A stretch of DNA of 64,000 nucleotides from Camelus ferus (Eukaryota): the NCBI RefSeq assembly GCF_009834535.1, contig NC_045697.1, positions 108,750,001-108,814,000 of the forward strand. Direction: 5' to 3'. Each line of letters opens with the position of its first letter. The first letter of the stretch is position 1. This document shows positions 38,827 to 51,329 of this stretch, piece after piece. Made by a program: the position numbers and the translations under genes. Under the pieces are notes generated by a model. The model was not told the DNA's origin and searched no databases. It was given only the letters and a program-made list of their open reading frames with translations.

Positions 38827-39522
38827 ACATGTGTTTTTGATTTGTTTTGTTTTGTTTAGCCAGGAAATATTGAGAGAGAGCTGTGAGAGTCATGCTTATT
38901 ATTTGAATAAGTCTGAGTAAGAGAGATTGGGCTGGAGCTTAAAACCCACATCTACAGTAAACGTCACTGCTGGCAAAGTGGCTTTGGTTGGAACCATCAG
39001 TCTGCCCCGCTGGCATGCGCCAGAATCACCGGGAGGGCTTCCCACAAACACATGGCTGGGTAATGCCCCCAGAGCTTCTGATTTAGAAGGTCGAGATGGG
39101 GCCAAAAACTTTCACTTCTAACAAAATACTGATTCTGCTGGACTAGAGCCACACCTTGAGAACCATGGGTTTGAGTGTCCCAAACAATGTCATGTAGTTG
39201 TGTTTAATTATTGGTCACACCTGTTGTCCATGGCATTTACTGTGCACAAACACCAACCTGGTGGTTTTTAAGCTCCACCCAAGTCAGTTACTTGAGGCAT
39301 CTGACGCTGTGGTCTGGGTAACAGTATGTTTTAAAAGCTCCCTAGATGAGTCCATTAAGTAAGTACTCTGGGTTGGAAATTACTGAGTTAAATCAGAATT
39401 CAATTGACTTTAATTTGTTGTAATTCATGGAGACAGTCCTTACTAGCTTTAAAGATGACTGGAGAATCCTTTCTACACAGAAAGAAGCCTTTGGGAGCAA
39501 AATTAATAGATGTATGCTGACT

Positions 39523-40795
39523 TCCAAATTGGAAAGAAAGAGTAAAACTGTCACTATTTGCAGATGACATGGTACTTTATATAGAAAACCCTAAAGTCTC
39601 CACCCAAAAGCTATTAGAATTAATAAATGAATTCAGCAAAGTTTCAAGATACAAGATGAATATACAGAAATCTGTTCCATTTTTATACACTAATAATGAA
39701 CTATTAGAAGGAGAAAGTAAAAAAAAAAAATCCCATTTAAGATGGCATCAAAAAGAATAAAATACCTAGGAATAAACTTAACCAAGGAGGTGAAAGATCT
39801 ATACTCTGAAAACTATAAAACACTGATGAAGGAAATTTAAGATGGTACAAAGAAATGGAAAGATAGCTCATGCTGTTGGATTGGAAGAATTAATATTGTT
39901 AAAATTAAGATCATACTACCCAAAGCAATCTACAGATATATTGCAGCTCCCTATCAAAACACCCATATTTTCCACACAACTAAAACAAATAATCCTAAAG
40001 TTCATATGGAAACACAAAAGACCCCTAATTTCTAAAATAATCTTGAGAAAGAAGAACAAAGCTGGAGGTATCATGCTCCCAGACTTTGGACTATACTACA
40101 AAGCACAAGTAATCAGAACAGCATGATAGACACAGAGATCAATGCAACAGAACAGACTGCCCAGAAATAATCAATTAGAGTGCCCAGTTACCGTCAATTA
40201 ATCTACAACAAAGGAGGCAAGGATATACAATGGAGAAAAGAATCCCTTCAATAAGTGATACTGGGAAAACTGGACAGTTATATGTAAAAGAATAGATTAG
40301 AACATTCTCTCATACCATATACAAAAATAAACTCAGAATGGTTTCAAGGCCTAAATATAAGACCTGAAACCATAAAACTCCCAGAAAAGAACAGAGACAG
40401 AACACTCTTCTAAATCATAGCAATACATTTTTAGATCTGTCCCCTAAGGCAAAAGAAATAAAAGCAAAACTAAACAAATGGGATCTAATCAAACTGAAAA
40501 GCTTTTGCAGAGCAAAAGAAACCATTGACAAAATGAAAAGATAACCTATGGAATGGGAGAAAATATTTGCAAATGATATGACTGACAAGTGGTTAATATT
40601 CAAAATTTATAAACATCTCACACAACTCATCATCAAAAACAAACAAACAAAAACAATCAAAAAATGGGCAGAAGACCTGAATAGACATTTTTCCAAAAAA
40701 GACATACAAATGGCCAATAGGCACGTGAAAAGATGTTCAACATTACTAATTAGAGAAATGCAAATCAGAACAATGAGCTATCACCTCACACCATC
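39523..40795 (+). mobile_element. L1 ORF2 fragment (RT LFADDM motif to C-terminal region), disrupted
   Basis: ctatttgcagatgacatgg encodes LFADDM. ORFs 39569, 39842 and 40548 translate to L1 ORF2p segments ([44 protein letters not shown]) broken by frameshifts and stops. Confidence 0.95.
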
Positions 40796-40874
40796 TTTTT
40801 TTTTTTTTTTTCACACCATCTTCTTAATCTAGTTGCAACCCAAATGCCCATAAACAGACAACTGGATTAAGAAG

Positions 40875-41083
40875 TTTGCAACAACCAACCACACCTCCTC
40901 CTCTTTTCCATATAAAGGGAGCCTGAATTCTGACTTGGGTAAGATGGTTCTCCAGGACAATAGCCCTCCATCTTCTCAGTCTGTTGGCTTTCTGAATGAG
41001 GTCATTTCTCCTTGCTCCAACACCTCATGTCCCGATTTATTGGCCTGTCCTGAGGTGAGGAGAACAAGTTTGGACTCGGTAAC
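40875..41083 (+). mobile_element. 3' half of an ERV1-like LTR
   Basis: catataaagggagcctgaattc...gatttattggcctgtc...tttggactcggtaaca. The 5' part is missing and the element is fused to L1. Confidence 0.7.
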
Positions 41084-41952
41084 ACTATCAGATCAAAATG
41101 TGCCCCACAATGGGGCCCACAATGCTTGGATGCCTTTTTCATTTTAAACTTTTTATTTGGTATCTTTTTAGAGAAAGCTTGCTCATCTTTAACCAGACTT
41201 GCCCAGTCCCTAAGCTGTCTCTGGTTTTAAGTTACTCACCTGGGGAAGCTGCACTTGTGACTATCTGAGTCCCTTTTCATACATTAGAATCCTATCCTGG
41301 CCCGTCAGTACCCGGCAGTTTAAAGGAATGTATGTATTTTATGACACAGAAGATATATACACTTTTAACGTTTAAAATTTCCTCCTACCATCCGTGGGAT
41401 AATAGATACCAAAATACATTAAAATGAAAAAAAATTAGTAAGTGATAGAAAAGTATTCATGTTAGTGGTGGTAATAGCTATTTTTATTATACTTCTACCA
41501 CTCTTTTGAATAGCCAAGTTCAAAATTCCAGTGTGAAAGAGTAATGGGAAAACGAATGTTCCTCGCCACGCCCTGCCCCCTCCCTGGCTGGCTGGGTCAG
41601 CCTCCGTCTGGGTGGATAAATGAGGCTGGCGTTTGTGTGGGTCACAAAGACCTCCGTGCTGGCCGGGCCTCCTTGCTCGGATCAGCACAGGCTAAGCGTT
41701 GCCAGAGAGCCACTGCGGGACGGGGACAAACCAAAACAGAAGTGTTAGATGCATGCTTTTGATCATCAGAGAACAGGAAGGCAGGGAAAGGAGATGTGGG
41801 CGACCAGCTCAGTAGCTAATGCCCCTTGGCGGAGCTGCCAGAGAAATGGGCAGAAGGTGTAACCGAAAGTTCCCCAGCCAGCCTGCGGGGGCAGCAGAGA
41901 GCAAGAGTGTGTTTGTTGCTGGATGTATCCTTAACCGGAAGCTCAAGCAGGA

Positions 41953-42188
41953 GGCAGACACAGAGAACAAACTTACGGTTACCAGCGGGTAAAGGGGGTG
42001 GGAAGGGATAAGGTGGGAGTTCAAAATTTGCACCTCTTGGGGAGTGATAGAACTGTTAGGTATCTTAATTATAGTGGTGGTTTCACAGGTGAATACATCT
42101 ATCAGAATTCATCAAGTTATACGTCTGAACTATGTGGTTTACTGTACAGAAATTATACCACAATTAAGTTGTTTAAAAAAAAAAAAAA
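41953..42188 (+). mobile_element. Two joined L1 3' fragments (young L1 piece plus older L1M 3' end)
   Basis: cagacacagagaacaaacttacggttacc...gggataaggtgggagttcaa, then an L1M-like 3' UTR ending in poly(A). Confidence 0.7.
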
Positions 42189-42575
42189 GGAGGCAAGTTC
42201 CTGAGGTCTTCTAAGTGGCGTCTGCGGGGAGAAAATGGTGGGTTAGATTTCTAGGGTCAGCAAAGCCCATTAGCAGGTCTGTAAGGCTGGCTTGGCTTCT
42301 GATACTCTTCTACCTGGAAAGAGAATCAATCCTGCCCTTCCAGCCGGGACAGTCTAACAGGCCTCAGGTCCTCAGAATTTTAGTACTGCTGCTTGAGCGA
42401 CTAGTGCGCTATTCCCACTCTCTTTTGTCAGCCTCTTTTCTGTGTTTATTACTGTAATCCTATGGGGTTTTTTTCTCATTTAGTTTTTAATGTGGTGAAT
42501 TACATTAATAGATTCTCTAAAGTCGATCCCCTCTTGGATTCCTGGTTTTAGTCTACTTATCCACCAGGGTGGTGG

Positions 42576-42606
<31 letters not shown>
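42576..42606. repeat. (GTT)n microsatellite
   Basis: About 10 units, preceded by (GGT)3. Confidence 0.95.
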
Positions 42607-42607
<1 letters not shown>

Positions 42608-42780
42608 GGTTTCTTTAGTGATAATTCCTTAACTTGTTATTTCAATGATTGATCTGGGACTCAGCCTAAATATTCTTCTAATATTTGTTAACTGGCTACA
42701 TAGCCAATATGTTTCTGGTCTTAGTGATGCATCAATATAGGGATGGCCTTGGCTTGACAAAAGATCACCATGATCATAAA

Positions 42781-42993
42781 TAGAGTTACTAGATAAAACA
42801 CGGGACACATTTAAATTTGAACATCGGATAAACAACAAATAATTTTTTAGTATAAATATGTCCCATGCAATGTTTGTAAGTCCTCTACTTGCATTAAATT
42901 GCATGGGATGTACTTATACTAGAAAAGTTTTGTTTATTTGAAATTTACATTTAACTAAGTCCTTCCTATTACTTGCTAAATCTGGCAGTCTTA
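42781..42993. mobile_element. MER53-like palindromic hAT MITE
   Basis: Arms tagtataaatatgtcccatgcaat and attgcatgggatgtacttatacta; ends gctaaatctggcagtctta. Confidence 0.8.
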
Positions 42994-43857
42994 ATCATAA
43001 ACAAATAAATAAGCGTAATTTTTAGAAAAGAATAAACAGATTTTTAAATTAATAAACAATGTCTTGGGGGAAAAAATAATGCCAGCAAACCCAAGTAATC
43101 ACTGGGCTCCTGTTTCTGAAAACCACAATGGGGTGGAGAAGCAGGAAATAATAAAGATGGTTTTAATTCATATAAAACAAAGAAACAGAGAAAAAAAAAT
43201 TCAAATTTCAAAACCAAACTCTTTCATTGGTTTTGTTTTAAGAAAAACAAGCAGGCCCTGCTCTGGTGGGTACCTCTCCTTCCCAACCAGCTTCTTTAAT
43301 TTCTCGGGAAAAGCTTCTGAGCCGTCCTCAGCACCCGAGGCAGATTTTCCTATTCGTTTTACTTTTTACATAAATTTGATTTATTTTTCAAGTTTTCGAA
43401 TCATCTTTTAAGGGCTTGAAACTTCATGTCTATGAGACTTCTGTTCCTCTCCCCCTGCCCTTTTTTTCCCAAAAGTCTTCCCCAAAATGTTTGTAACAGC
43501 CTGGCTTTTCTGCAAATTGTCCAGCTGCCCTAGTGCATACTTTCTGGATGCGAACTTCCCTCCCTAACCTGAGAGGAGGATGGACAGAAGGTTTTCCTGG
43601 AACTACTCAGAGATGCAGCCAGGTAACCCTCCCTACAGGAAGGGGAGCAAGAGCTGTTGCCTGTTTGGTTTGAGGACCCAGAAGGGAACTCTTCATAAAC
43701 AGATTTGAGTTACTTAACATTTCAGAATAAAATAAAACTGGATTAACTAAAAAATCATACTTATCCAGGTATCACCATAGTTTCATTGCATTATTCAAAT
43801 GATTATAATTTCATTACAAATACAAGCAAGGTTTGGGCTACAGGATAAATTTCATGT

Positions 43858-45060
43858 CATCATTCATTTGGTCAGTGAGTTTTGTGCCTATTAAGTACCA
43901 GGCACCACTCCAGGTTCTGGGACACAAAAGTGAATGAGTCCAGGTCCCAGCCTCCTTGGGAAGTGACTGCTAAGTAGGGTCAAATCAATAATCATATTAT
44001 AGTTTCATAAAAGCCGTAAGGTGTCTGTGTACGGAATGTCATGAAGACATGAGAGAGGAAGGTATTCATCACATCTGAGGGGTGGAGGATTTGGGAAATC
44101 TTCATAGAGGAGGTGACCAATGAGTTGAATCTCAGGAGTTTGTCAAGCAAAGATGGCACGGAAGGCATTATGGCTGAAGCAGAGATACAGAAATTCTTGG
44201 GGGCCACAGAGCTTGGCACATTCAAGTACTTGAATTACAGGACATGTGGGGAGAAGTGTCCAGTAGGAAAGGAACTCAGGACAAGCTTATAGGGGGCCTT
44301 GTAATGATGCCAAGGGGGTTGGATTCTATCAGAAGGAAATGACAAACCACTGAAGGGGTAAGTACAAGAGGAAAATAATTACTTTTTTGTTAGAGAACCA
44401 TCACTCTGGAGGCTATGTGAAACTGCGTTGGAGAGGAGACTAGGAAACTAGTTAAGAAGTTAGTGAAGTAACCTAGGTGAGAGCTAAGAAGGGTCTAAAC
44501 TAGCAAGGAGCAGATAAAGAGTTCTGATTTTGCCATGCGGAGCCCAAGGTCCCGGTGACATTTCCAAGGAGAAGAGATGGTGACAGTGCAGGTCTAGAGC
44601 TGGGCAGAGAGAGCTGACTGGAGGTGATCTGGGGGGAGTCCTCAGCCAAGGGGTGAGATGGAAGCCTGGAAGGTGGGAGCCATGGCCCTTAAGTGATGTA
44701 AGGAGCGAGAAAAGAAAAGATGCACATGAAAGGAGCAGGAGGAAGAGAATGTTTCACAACCAAACACTGGAAGGAACAGTCAGAGTCATAGGAGACCAAG
44801 AAGAAAACGGCACCATAAGACCTCAGGAAGAGGAGAGATTCAACAATTGATTAGTTATGTGAAGTGCTGCAGAGAAAACCGCAAGATAAAGACAGAAACG
44901 GGTCCTCTGGGTTCAGCTCTTAGGGGGCACTGGTGACCGGGACAGAGCAATTTGAGTGCTGCACTGACATGGGGGACAAATCGCAGGGGGTGGTGAGAAA
45001 TGAGGGGCAGAGTGAGTAAACGAAGGTGTGTTGACTATCAAAGAGGTTGAGAGCTCCGGA
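43858..45060. mobile_element. L2 LINE remnant (other L2 pieces near 660-1080, 25640-25915, 49370-49830)
   Basis: cattcatttg...taagtaccaggcac...ctgggacacaaaagtgaa; purine-rich body gaaatcttcatagaggaggtga. Confidence 0.65.
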
Positions 45061-45184
45061 AAGGTTGGGAGTGGGCGAGAGCTGGCAGGGTCTGGGGAGA
45101 GCTGGACAGCAACTCACAGGCTCCCTCACTGTTTACTGTGCATGTATACCTACCAGAGAGAATTGACACTAATGTCACCCATCA

Positions 45185-45345
45185 CTATAATGGAAAAGAA
45201 TCTAAAAGTGTATGTGTGTATATATATATAGGTATAGGTATAGCTGAATTGCTTTGCTGCACACCTGAAACTAACATTGTAAATCAACTACACTTCAATA
45301 AAAAAAATTTTTTTAAATTAATACAAAATAAATAAATAAAAATAG
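45185..45345 (+). mobile_element. Short L1 3' end
   Basis: ctataatggaaaagaatct...gctgcacacctgaaactaacattgtaaatcaactacacttcaataaaa. Confidence 0.85.
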
Positions 45346-45429
45346 AAAAAATAGTCTTAGCTCAGGGTTGGAAAAAACAGGAAGATGACTGAGTTTGGCC
45401 CATGAGCCTTAGTTTGCTGGCCCTGGGCT

Positions 45430-46951
45430 GCCATGTGTGTTTCTGTAAGAAACACAATGTTTCAGACACAGCTGAAGCCCGGCCTCTGCCCCTCCTGGAT
45501 CTCATGCCCCCTCACCCCACTCCCAAAGGTCTTGCTCTCCTAAAGTTCGCATGTATCCATCCCACACTTTGCAAATAGGTCTATGTCCCTAAGCATAATT
45601 TGGAGTGTTTTTAAAACTTTAACTAATTGTAACTATTCTGTGCATAGTAATCTTCAACTGGCTTTTTTTGAACGTTTGAGACTGATTTATCTTGATACAT
45701 TTGGCTGAAGTTCTTTGAATTTACCTGCTTGATGAGATCTCATTCTAAGACTATACCAAGTTTCATGTATTTTTCTTTTGTTAATAAATATTTAGATTGT
45801 TTCTATTTCTTCCATTTTTACAAACAGTGCTACACTCAGCATTCTTGGCCATGACTCTGCTGTACATTTGTGAGTGATCTGGAGTAAATACTTGGTAGTG
45901 AATTGTTGGAGTTGTAGGATCTGAACGTCTCAAGTTGACTAAATATTTCCAAGTTGTTCTCCAAAATGGTTGTATAGAAAAATTTCCTTTTCCAATAATC
46001 TTGTACAGTCAGTCACCTGAAAAATTCTCTCAATATGAAACACCTAGAAATGCTGGATGCAATGTAAGAAACAACTTCTTAAATGTATAAAGAAATCACA
46101 AGAAAGCAAGGAAATCCCCAGGGCCCAGAAGATGTGGAGAAAATAAAAATAAAAGCTTGCAGAGGAAATTTAAATTCAAAGCCATATCTGCCTATGGGGA
46201 TTTTCCAGAGCCCCACAGGGATGTGAGAGGCTATGTGATGCTTTCAGATGCATCTACTGGGTCAAAAGTTAAAACTAAAACACCAGTTCATGGTTTTAAA
46301 GAAATAAAGAAAAACAAAAAGCAGCTGCAATGATTTTGGCAAAGTTCAAAGTCAGGTGCTCTTCCCCCAGGCTGACCTCACCATCATTCCGACACTGTGG
46401 ACCCCAGCCCACTGTCTGATTTTGAATTTGGTTTTGTCTCCTTTCTCCTTGGCAGTCGCGTTGGTGTCCTTGGTTATCTGCTTCTGGTTACTGACTTGAT
46501 TCTGCTGGCTTGCACCTTGAATGAGGTTTGGCACCTCACGCAACTCTTAGCAGCTGACCCCTGAGGTCTACCCACTCTGCATCCCAAAGCTGGGGTTTAA
46601 ACCTGAGGTCCAAGCACCAGCTCTTCCCCAAGCCCAGAGCACAGCCCTGTCTGAGTTTCTTCCAAACTCTATTTTGTGGTGACAGGACTGAGGTTGTACT
46701 GGGGATGTATTTATAGTAGCTTGGTGATGTGCTCAGAAAAGGTGGGGTTCTATTAAATAGGGTAAGCCAGCCTCTGTGTGCCAGGCTTTGCCCTCAGTGC
46801 CCCCAAGATTTTTATCATGAATGGGAGTTGATAGATACAACAAGCAACAAGATTAGAGCTAAACTTCAGATAAAGATGATCAAATGGACAATAATGTTTA
46901 AAGGCATAAAAAAGGAATAAATAACATAAGGAAAAAAATAAAACCAAGACA

Positions 46952-46987
<36 letters not shown>

Positions 46988-47180
46988 ACACACACATACA
47001 CAAAGGATGTTCTAGAAATGAGAACAAAGATTTTCTAGAGATGAAAAATATAATAACTGAAATTAAAAGCCCAGTGGATGGGTTCAGCAGCAGGAGACAC
47101 TAGGTTATTGCGCTAATCCACTCTCCAACCAGCAACACAGAGTTCCTGTTTCTCCACATCTTTGCCAACAGTTGAGGGTG
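45430..47180. mobile_element. Nested ancient L1 fragments
   Basis: A minus-strand L1ME piece (45430-45975) appears to resume near 47100 (ccaaccagcaa...gttcctgtttctccacatctttgccaaca). The intervening segment has plus-strand L1 5'/ORF1-like remnants. Confidence 0.5.
46952..47001. repeat. (CA)n microsatellite, interrupted
   Basis: CA run with two cata interruptions. Confidence 0.95.
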
Positions 47181-47814
47181 GTGCAAACTATACACAGGTA
47201 GGCAAATTGCAGGTTGCATTGTTTCTTTCCAGAATTGAGCCTATCCCAGCCAAGATCCTTCCTCTTCTAGTTTCCTGGGTCTGCCTTTTTGATACAGAAG
47301 GACTTGAAGTCTCAGTATATCCCTCTCTGCCTTTTTTTTTTTTTTCCTTTGCCCTTGAGAGCTGTTAGGTGCTTGGGGTCAGTTCTCAGCAGGGCTCTCC
47401 CACCGTGACTCTGCTGACTGAGGGCTGTGCTTTCTCTCCCTGGTTCCCACACCCCAAAGCCTCTTACACAGTGACTTCAATGTTCTGTTTATCCTGCTCC
47501 TGGTCTTAACTATGCTAATCCTCAGATAAAACTCAGATTCTCATTTGCTCACTCAGTACCTTTCAGCCCCTCCCTTCTCTTCTGCAGGCCAAAATTTAAC
47601 CCAACTCTACCATCCCTTTTCTTGCCAGCCAGTCCCTGACCCAATCAAACAAATACAGCTCCTTTTTAACATGTGGTAAGCTCAGAGCCCAGACAAGAGT
47701 TTATGTGATACACCTACGTAGTTGGAAAGGCACCAGAGACATATTTTTCCAAACCTGAAACTAGACAAAGCGTGGCAGAGCCTGAAAACCCAAAGATTAC
47801 AAAGTGTATTGTTA

Positions 47815-48040
47815 CAGCATGGACTGCCAGAGACTGAATCTTACTTAGATCCATTAAGTGGCTGTGTGTCCTTGGGCAAGTCACTTAACCTCTCTGTGCC
47901 TCAGTTTTCTCATCTATAAAACAGGAATAATAGTATCCACTGTATAAAGTTTGTTATGAGAGTGAAATGACTTGGTATATGTAAAGTGTTCAGAACAGTG
48001 CCTGGCATATATTGAACACTATCACCATTGTAATTATTAC
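47815..48040 (+). mobile_element. MIR SINE
   Basis: ccttgggcaagtcacttaacctctctgtgcctcagttttctcatctataaaacaggaataatag...aacagtgcctggcata. Confidence 0.88.
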
Positions 48041-49233
48041 TGCTTGAAATTGGGACTGTCCCTGAAAATAGACGGCAGTCACATTCACTAAAATGAGAAC
48101 AAGATTAGAAAGCACAGCTTCATTTATGCAACTAGTATTTTCTTCTATTCTTTCCCTCCTTTTCAAGGTTCATCTAGTAATTATATGGTCCTTACTCTTC
48201 TGAAACAGCTCAGAAAATCTCCCTGTCCTCTCTGTAAACCCATTGTTGAACTCTGGCCACTAAAATGGTTACAGCTCCTTATTTCTGCTTCATGCTTTTT
48301 AAGCTCTTTTTCTACAGATTGTTCTGCTTTTAGCAGCTAATAAATCCCAGGCTTTTGGTATCTGGGAAGTTGCTCTTAGCTTCCTGATAGTGCTAAGCTG
48401 ACACTGACAGGGTGCAGGGTAAGGAATGAGGTGGCCCTTGTTTCCACGGGCAGAATGTTGCCTTGAGTCTAAACTTTCTTAGCAACCTACACTGGCCAAG
48501 ACACCTGGGCCCAGAGCTTTCCTTTAACTATTCTCATCTGTTTGGTCAAAATCCTAGAAATTTCTCATTTCTCTCCTGGTGACTTCTAAGTAGATTGTTC
48601 CACTTGGGATAGTAATCAATTCTGCATCAGTCTCTCTAACTACAGAAAGTGAAAAGATGTGGACTCGGCAGTAACGGTGCTGGTCTCAGGTAGGTATTAG
48701 AAAGTGTTGCCTGTTTGCAAAGCCTTGATTTGAGATAAACCTGGAATATGCTTGCAAAGGAGAATCAGGTTGTTCCATAGATTGGATTCTTTTACCAAAT
48801 ATCTCCAGGATATTTTTGGAAGAATTCAAAGAAATAAACACAAGTGTGATGTCTATAAACAAACTCACATCCTAAAGACTTAAGCAACCATTAGCTCAAA
48901 AGGTTATACTTCAATTTTACAATATATATTCAGTCTTTAATTTAGAATAGCCTTTCCCTTGACTAATCTCAAAGTAATAAGCTTTGATCATACAGCAGTT
49001 TGCAAGTGGGCATCTTTGCATTTTCAGGCCCTGAGATAGGAGTCAGGACTCAGTAAGCATGAGGGATGATCTGGATAATTCCTGCACTCTCCTGAAACAC
49101 AGCTTTTCATCTTCTGTGTCTCCTGGCATCCCAGCATTACCTGCTTTCAGGAGCTCATCAGTTTTTAATGATCAGCCTCATATCCACCCTAGGATGATTT
49201 TAGTGTTTATCAACAATTAGTTGAGTTCCTGCG

Positions 49234-49370
49234 GGGGAAGATATAGCTCAGTGGTAGACTGTGTGCTTAGCATGTACGAGGTCCTGGGTTCAATCCCCAG
49301 TACCTCCATTAAAACAGACAAACAAACAAATAAATGTAATTATCCCCTCCTCAAAAAGAATTTAAAAAAT
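49234..49370 (+). mobile_element. tRNA-derived SINE (vic-1-like) with TSD
   Basis: A/B boxes present. TSD core ttgagttcct at 49221-49230 and 49373-49382. Confidence 0.9.
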
Positions 49371-51329
49371 TATTGAGTTCCTAATGTATGCTGACCCCTT
49401 ACAAGATTTGGGGAAATCACAGATGAATGAAAGAGGATTTTCCTTTCCTTGGAGGTGCTCACAGCCTGGTGGAAGATACAGACATAGACACAGTTGTGAT
49501 TCGAAGCAGCTAGCTATGTTTACAGAAGTGTAGGTCTATAAGGACATAATAGGCAGGGTGCCAGGGAAAGGGCAGTGAGACACCAGGGAGGAGGGAACAT
49601 TCAGTCTGAGCCTTTTAAGGTTACATAGGAGTCCACTCAGTAGGAAAAAGGAGAACTTGTTCTCAGTGTGGCAAGAGCCACAGAGGCCTGGAGCACATGC
49701 TCCTTTCAGCCTGACTGAGGGGCTGTGGCTGGGGAGCAGGAAGGAGATGCTGTGGAAAGGAGACTGGAGGGTCCAAGGGGCATAAATGAAGAGCAACCGG
49801 AACTCTTTAAGTTGAAGAGTCACTGATCAGATATAAGCCTCAGAGTAAGAACTTTTACAAAGTCTTTTCAAGGTGGTCCTTTTGCATCTCCTGGATTGCA
49901 GACACATTGATCCAATCATTTTCAGAAGCTCAAGAAACTACTCAGGCAAGGTTAAATATCATCCCCAGGAGTGTGTTTAAGGCACACGTGGTAGCGGTGG
50001 TAGTTACCAGGGGTGAAGAGGGGTAGCTGGGCTCTGCTCCTGTGGGAGCTGAGGGACGCCCACCAGGGAAAGGAGTCTGCTCCAGAGGTCCTGGTGAGGG
50101 GGGTGTGGTTGGTCCCCGGGTGGGAGAAGAGAGACCCTGGAGGCCACGTCAGGAGAGCTGACTTGGGATGGGTCTCGGACATCTCGCCTTCCTCCGTCTC
50201 CGTGCACCCCCAGCACAGCTGCACCCCCAGTACGGCTTAAACTGCATCTTCTTTAAGCTCCCTTCCAGCTCCAAAACTTTGTGCATTAAAAAACACAAGG
50301 TCCCCCAAACTCATTTCGAACACTAACCTCAATCTCAGCGGAGAACATCTTTCCAGTTGGAATGGTCGGCCTTTCACTTCCCATTTTCCACCTCAGCCGC
50401 CTGGAGAGACCATGTGGAAAGCACCCAAGGAAAGGGAGGTTGGGGGGTGGCGGGGAGCTGCTGACTGCTAATCTCCCGGAGGCTGCCTGTCTGTGAGGTC
50501 AGGCCAGATGCCCCCATCCTCTTTAAAGAACTGCAGCTTGAGACCTTTCCTCGTGCGTTCAGTACTGCCCTACACCAGCAGCAGGCAGTGTCCACTGACA
50601 GGAACCACGGGCAACTAGTTTATTTACCCACAAGCAAATCCACACAACTGTAAGAGGCAGTGGAGGCTGATTGTGCTTGTAGCAACTGCCAGGCTGTAAC
50701 TCAACTGCTGCTCTTAGTTCAAAATTATGAGGTTTAATATGTTGTCTTTTCTGATACCTTTGATTCACTATCACATCACTTTTTAAAGCAAAGCTTCATT
50801 AGTAACAATCAACGCAAAGAAAATCTCTCCCCAAGTAACAAGATCAAAGAAAAACAGATGAAAGTCTTTATAAGTGGATGCCTGGTAATTTCTCTGATAA
50901 TTTCCTGTTTACTTCCTCTTTCTTTTTTTAACTTATGGTGTTTCATTAGTATACTTTCCAGTAGTAAATTTCCATACCCCAATTTTTCCAGGAGTTTTTG
51001 GAACCAGCAGACTTCTCAGCCCACGTTATTAAAGTTAATCTATTATTTCTCTATTTCAGCTGATTGAAACGTTCTTTTACAGGAACTGCCAACGAGTTGA
51101 TAATTTTCTTAATATGCCCATTAAAGTCGCTGAATGACTGGGACCCACACATCTTAGAAAACAAAGATTGCGGGAAATTTCAATTCAGTGAGGGAGCTGG
51201 AGCTGGATTAACCAGCGGCAGACGAAGCCAAATGCCCCCTCCCCCTCCTCCCCGCTCCAAAAAAAAAAAAAGAAAAAGAAAAAGACAGTTCTACTTTTCT
51301 CCACTTTTTTTCGCAGAGTGGATTAGGTT

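Noticed and set aside
39569..40832. Reverse-transcriptase-like ORFs as a functional or domesticated gene
   Set aside because: Fragmented L1 ORF2 with multiple frameshifts and stops, truncated at both ends.
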